In this document: piece after piece, positions 63,028 to 64,000 of the stretch | Position numbering within the stretch: the first letter of the stretch is position 1 | Layout: each line of letters opens with the position of its first letter | Made by a program: the position numbers and the translations under genes | The notes under the pieces: model-generated | Databases searched by the model: none | Told to the model about the DNA's origin: nothing | Seen by the model: only the letters and a program-made list of their open reading frames with translations | Assembly: GCA_965216755.1 (NCBI GenBank) | Contig: CBDCGL010000011.1 | Coordinates: 256,001 to 320,000 of the forward strand | From: Alphaproteobacteria bacterium | GTDB taxonomy: Bacteria; Pseudomonadota; Alphaproteobacteria; UBA7887 | DNA: 64,000 bases | Reading direction: 5' to 3'

Positions 63028-63975
63028 ATGACACTCGATTCCCAATGCCAAGCCGTTCTGGATGCGGCCGCCAAATCCGGTTCTGTGTTCGACAGCCGCG
63101 ACCCCCGAGAGGCTCGAGCGCGTTATAGCGATAGTACGGCCGTATTCGCCGGCCCAACACCTGAGATTGGTGGGGTCGAAGAGCGCGCGATCAAGGGACT
63201 CGGTGGCGATATACCGGTTCGGCTCTACTATCCCCAAGGCGGTCGGAACGGCGGGCCGGTGGCGACCGTGGCATTTTTCCACGGCGGCGGTTGGGTGTTT
63301 GGCGATCTGGACAGCCACGACCATGTCTGTCGCCACCTGGCCGCGCAAACGCCGGCACTGGTTGTCGCGGTCGACTACAGGCGCGCGCCGGAAAGCAAGT
63401 TTCCGCAGCCGCTCGAGGACTGCCTGGCGGGTGTACGTTGGCTGATGGCGAACGCGGCCGACGTCAACGCCGACGCCGCGCGGATCGCGGTGGCGGGTGA
63501 CAGCGCCGGCGGCAACATGGCGGCGGCGGTCTGCCAAGTCCTTCGCGACAGTGGCGAACAGGTCCCGAAGTTCCAGCTCTTGATCTATCCGGCGACCGAT
63601 TTGGGTGCGCGAACAGGATCGATCGAGAAATTTGGTCAGGGTTATTTGCTGACCCGTGATGGGATGACCTGGTGCATGGACAGCTATCTACGGTCGGCCG
63701 ACGACATCGACGATCCACGCGCATCGCCGCTGCGCGCGCCCGATCTTAGCAACTTGCCGCCGGCACACGTAATTACCGCAGGGTTTGACCCGCTTCGCGA
63801 TGAAGGCATCGCCTATGCCAATCGTTTGACCGCCGCAGGCGTTCCGGTCAGCTACCAATGCTATGATGGCATGATTCATGGTTTCATGCGCATGACTGCG
63901 GTGGTCGATGTCGCGGTTCAGGCATTGGGGGATTGCGCCGATATCTTGGCGACGGCGTTGGCGGCCCGATCGTAA
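63028..63975 (+). CDS. HSL-family (family IV) esterase/lipase
   Basis: HGGGW, VDYRRAPE, GDSAGG, DPLRDEG, HGF. Confidence 0.92.
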   Translation: MTLDSQCQAVLDAAAKSGSVFDSRDPREARARYSDSTAVFAGPTPEIGGVEERAIKGLGGDIPVRLYYPQGGRNGGPVATVAFFHGGGWVFGDLDSHDHVCRHLAAQTPALVVAVDYRRAPESKFPQPLEDCLAGVRWLMANAADVNADAARIAVAGDSAGGNMAAAVCQVLRDSGEQVPKFQLLIYPATDLGARTGSIEKFGQGYLLTRDGMTWCMDSYLRSADDIDDPRASPLRAPDLSNLPPAHVITAGFDPLRDEGIAYANRLTAAGVPVSYQCYDGMIHGFMRMTAVVDVAVQALGDCADILATALAARS

Positions 63976-64000
63976 GCCCGAGAGAGGATAGATGAATGCC

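Noticed and set aside
1-64000. CRISPR array, rRNA or prophage genes
   Set aside because: No regularly spaced repeats, rRNA signatures or phage structural genes seen.

Overview
Chromosomal window (GC roughly 60% by eye) from an alphaproteobacterium, judged from GapR, RpoH2, an Flp pilin and CtrA-type boxes. It opens with the end of a catechol meta-cleavage operon (xylE 3' end, dmpC, dmpE, dmpF, dmpG, dmpH). Next is a split PAS-sensor/MCP chemoreceptor pair in which both genes are broken by insertion sequences (IS481-like and IS1182). Housekeeping and signalling genes follow: rpoH2, mtgA, speD/speE, ubiA-gtrA, two histidine kinases, trpB2, gapR, yqgE and tRNA-Asn, along with an IS5 and three families of palindromic miniature repeats. 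The most unusual parts are: (i) an AT-rich islet next to tRNA-Asn with a colicin-Z-C-terminal-like ORF between two paralogous membrane proteins (candidate toxin with duplicated immunity); (ii) a sigma54-type operon of three secreted Asn/Gly/Ala- or Gln-rich amyloid-like proteins next to a glutaminyl cyclase; (iii) an orphan NosR-like flavoprotein with a Tat-like amidohydrolase, cupredoxin, FmdB and rhodanese; (iv) twin TPR-SPOR paralogues around a lone polysaccharide-export protein. All family assignments come from motif recognition; no database searches were run.
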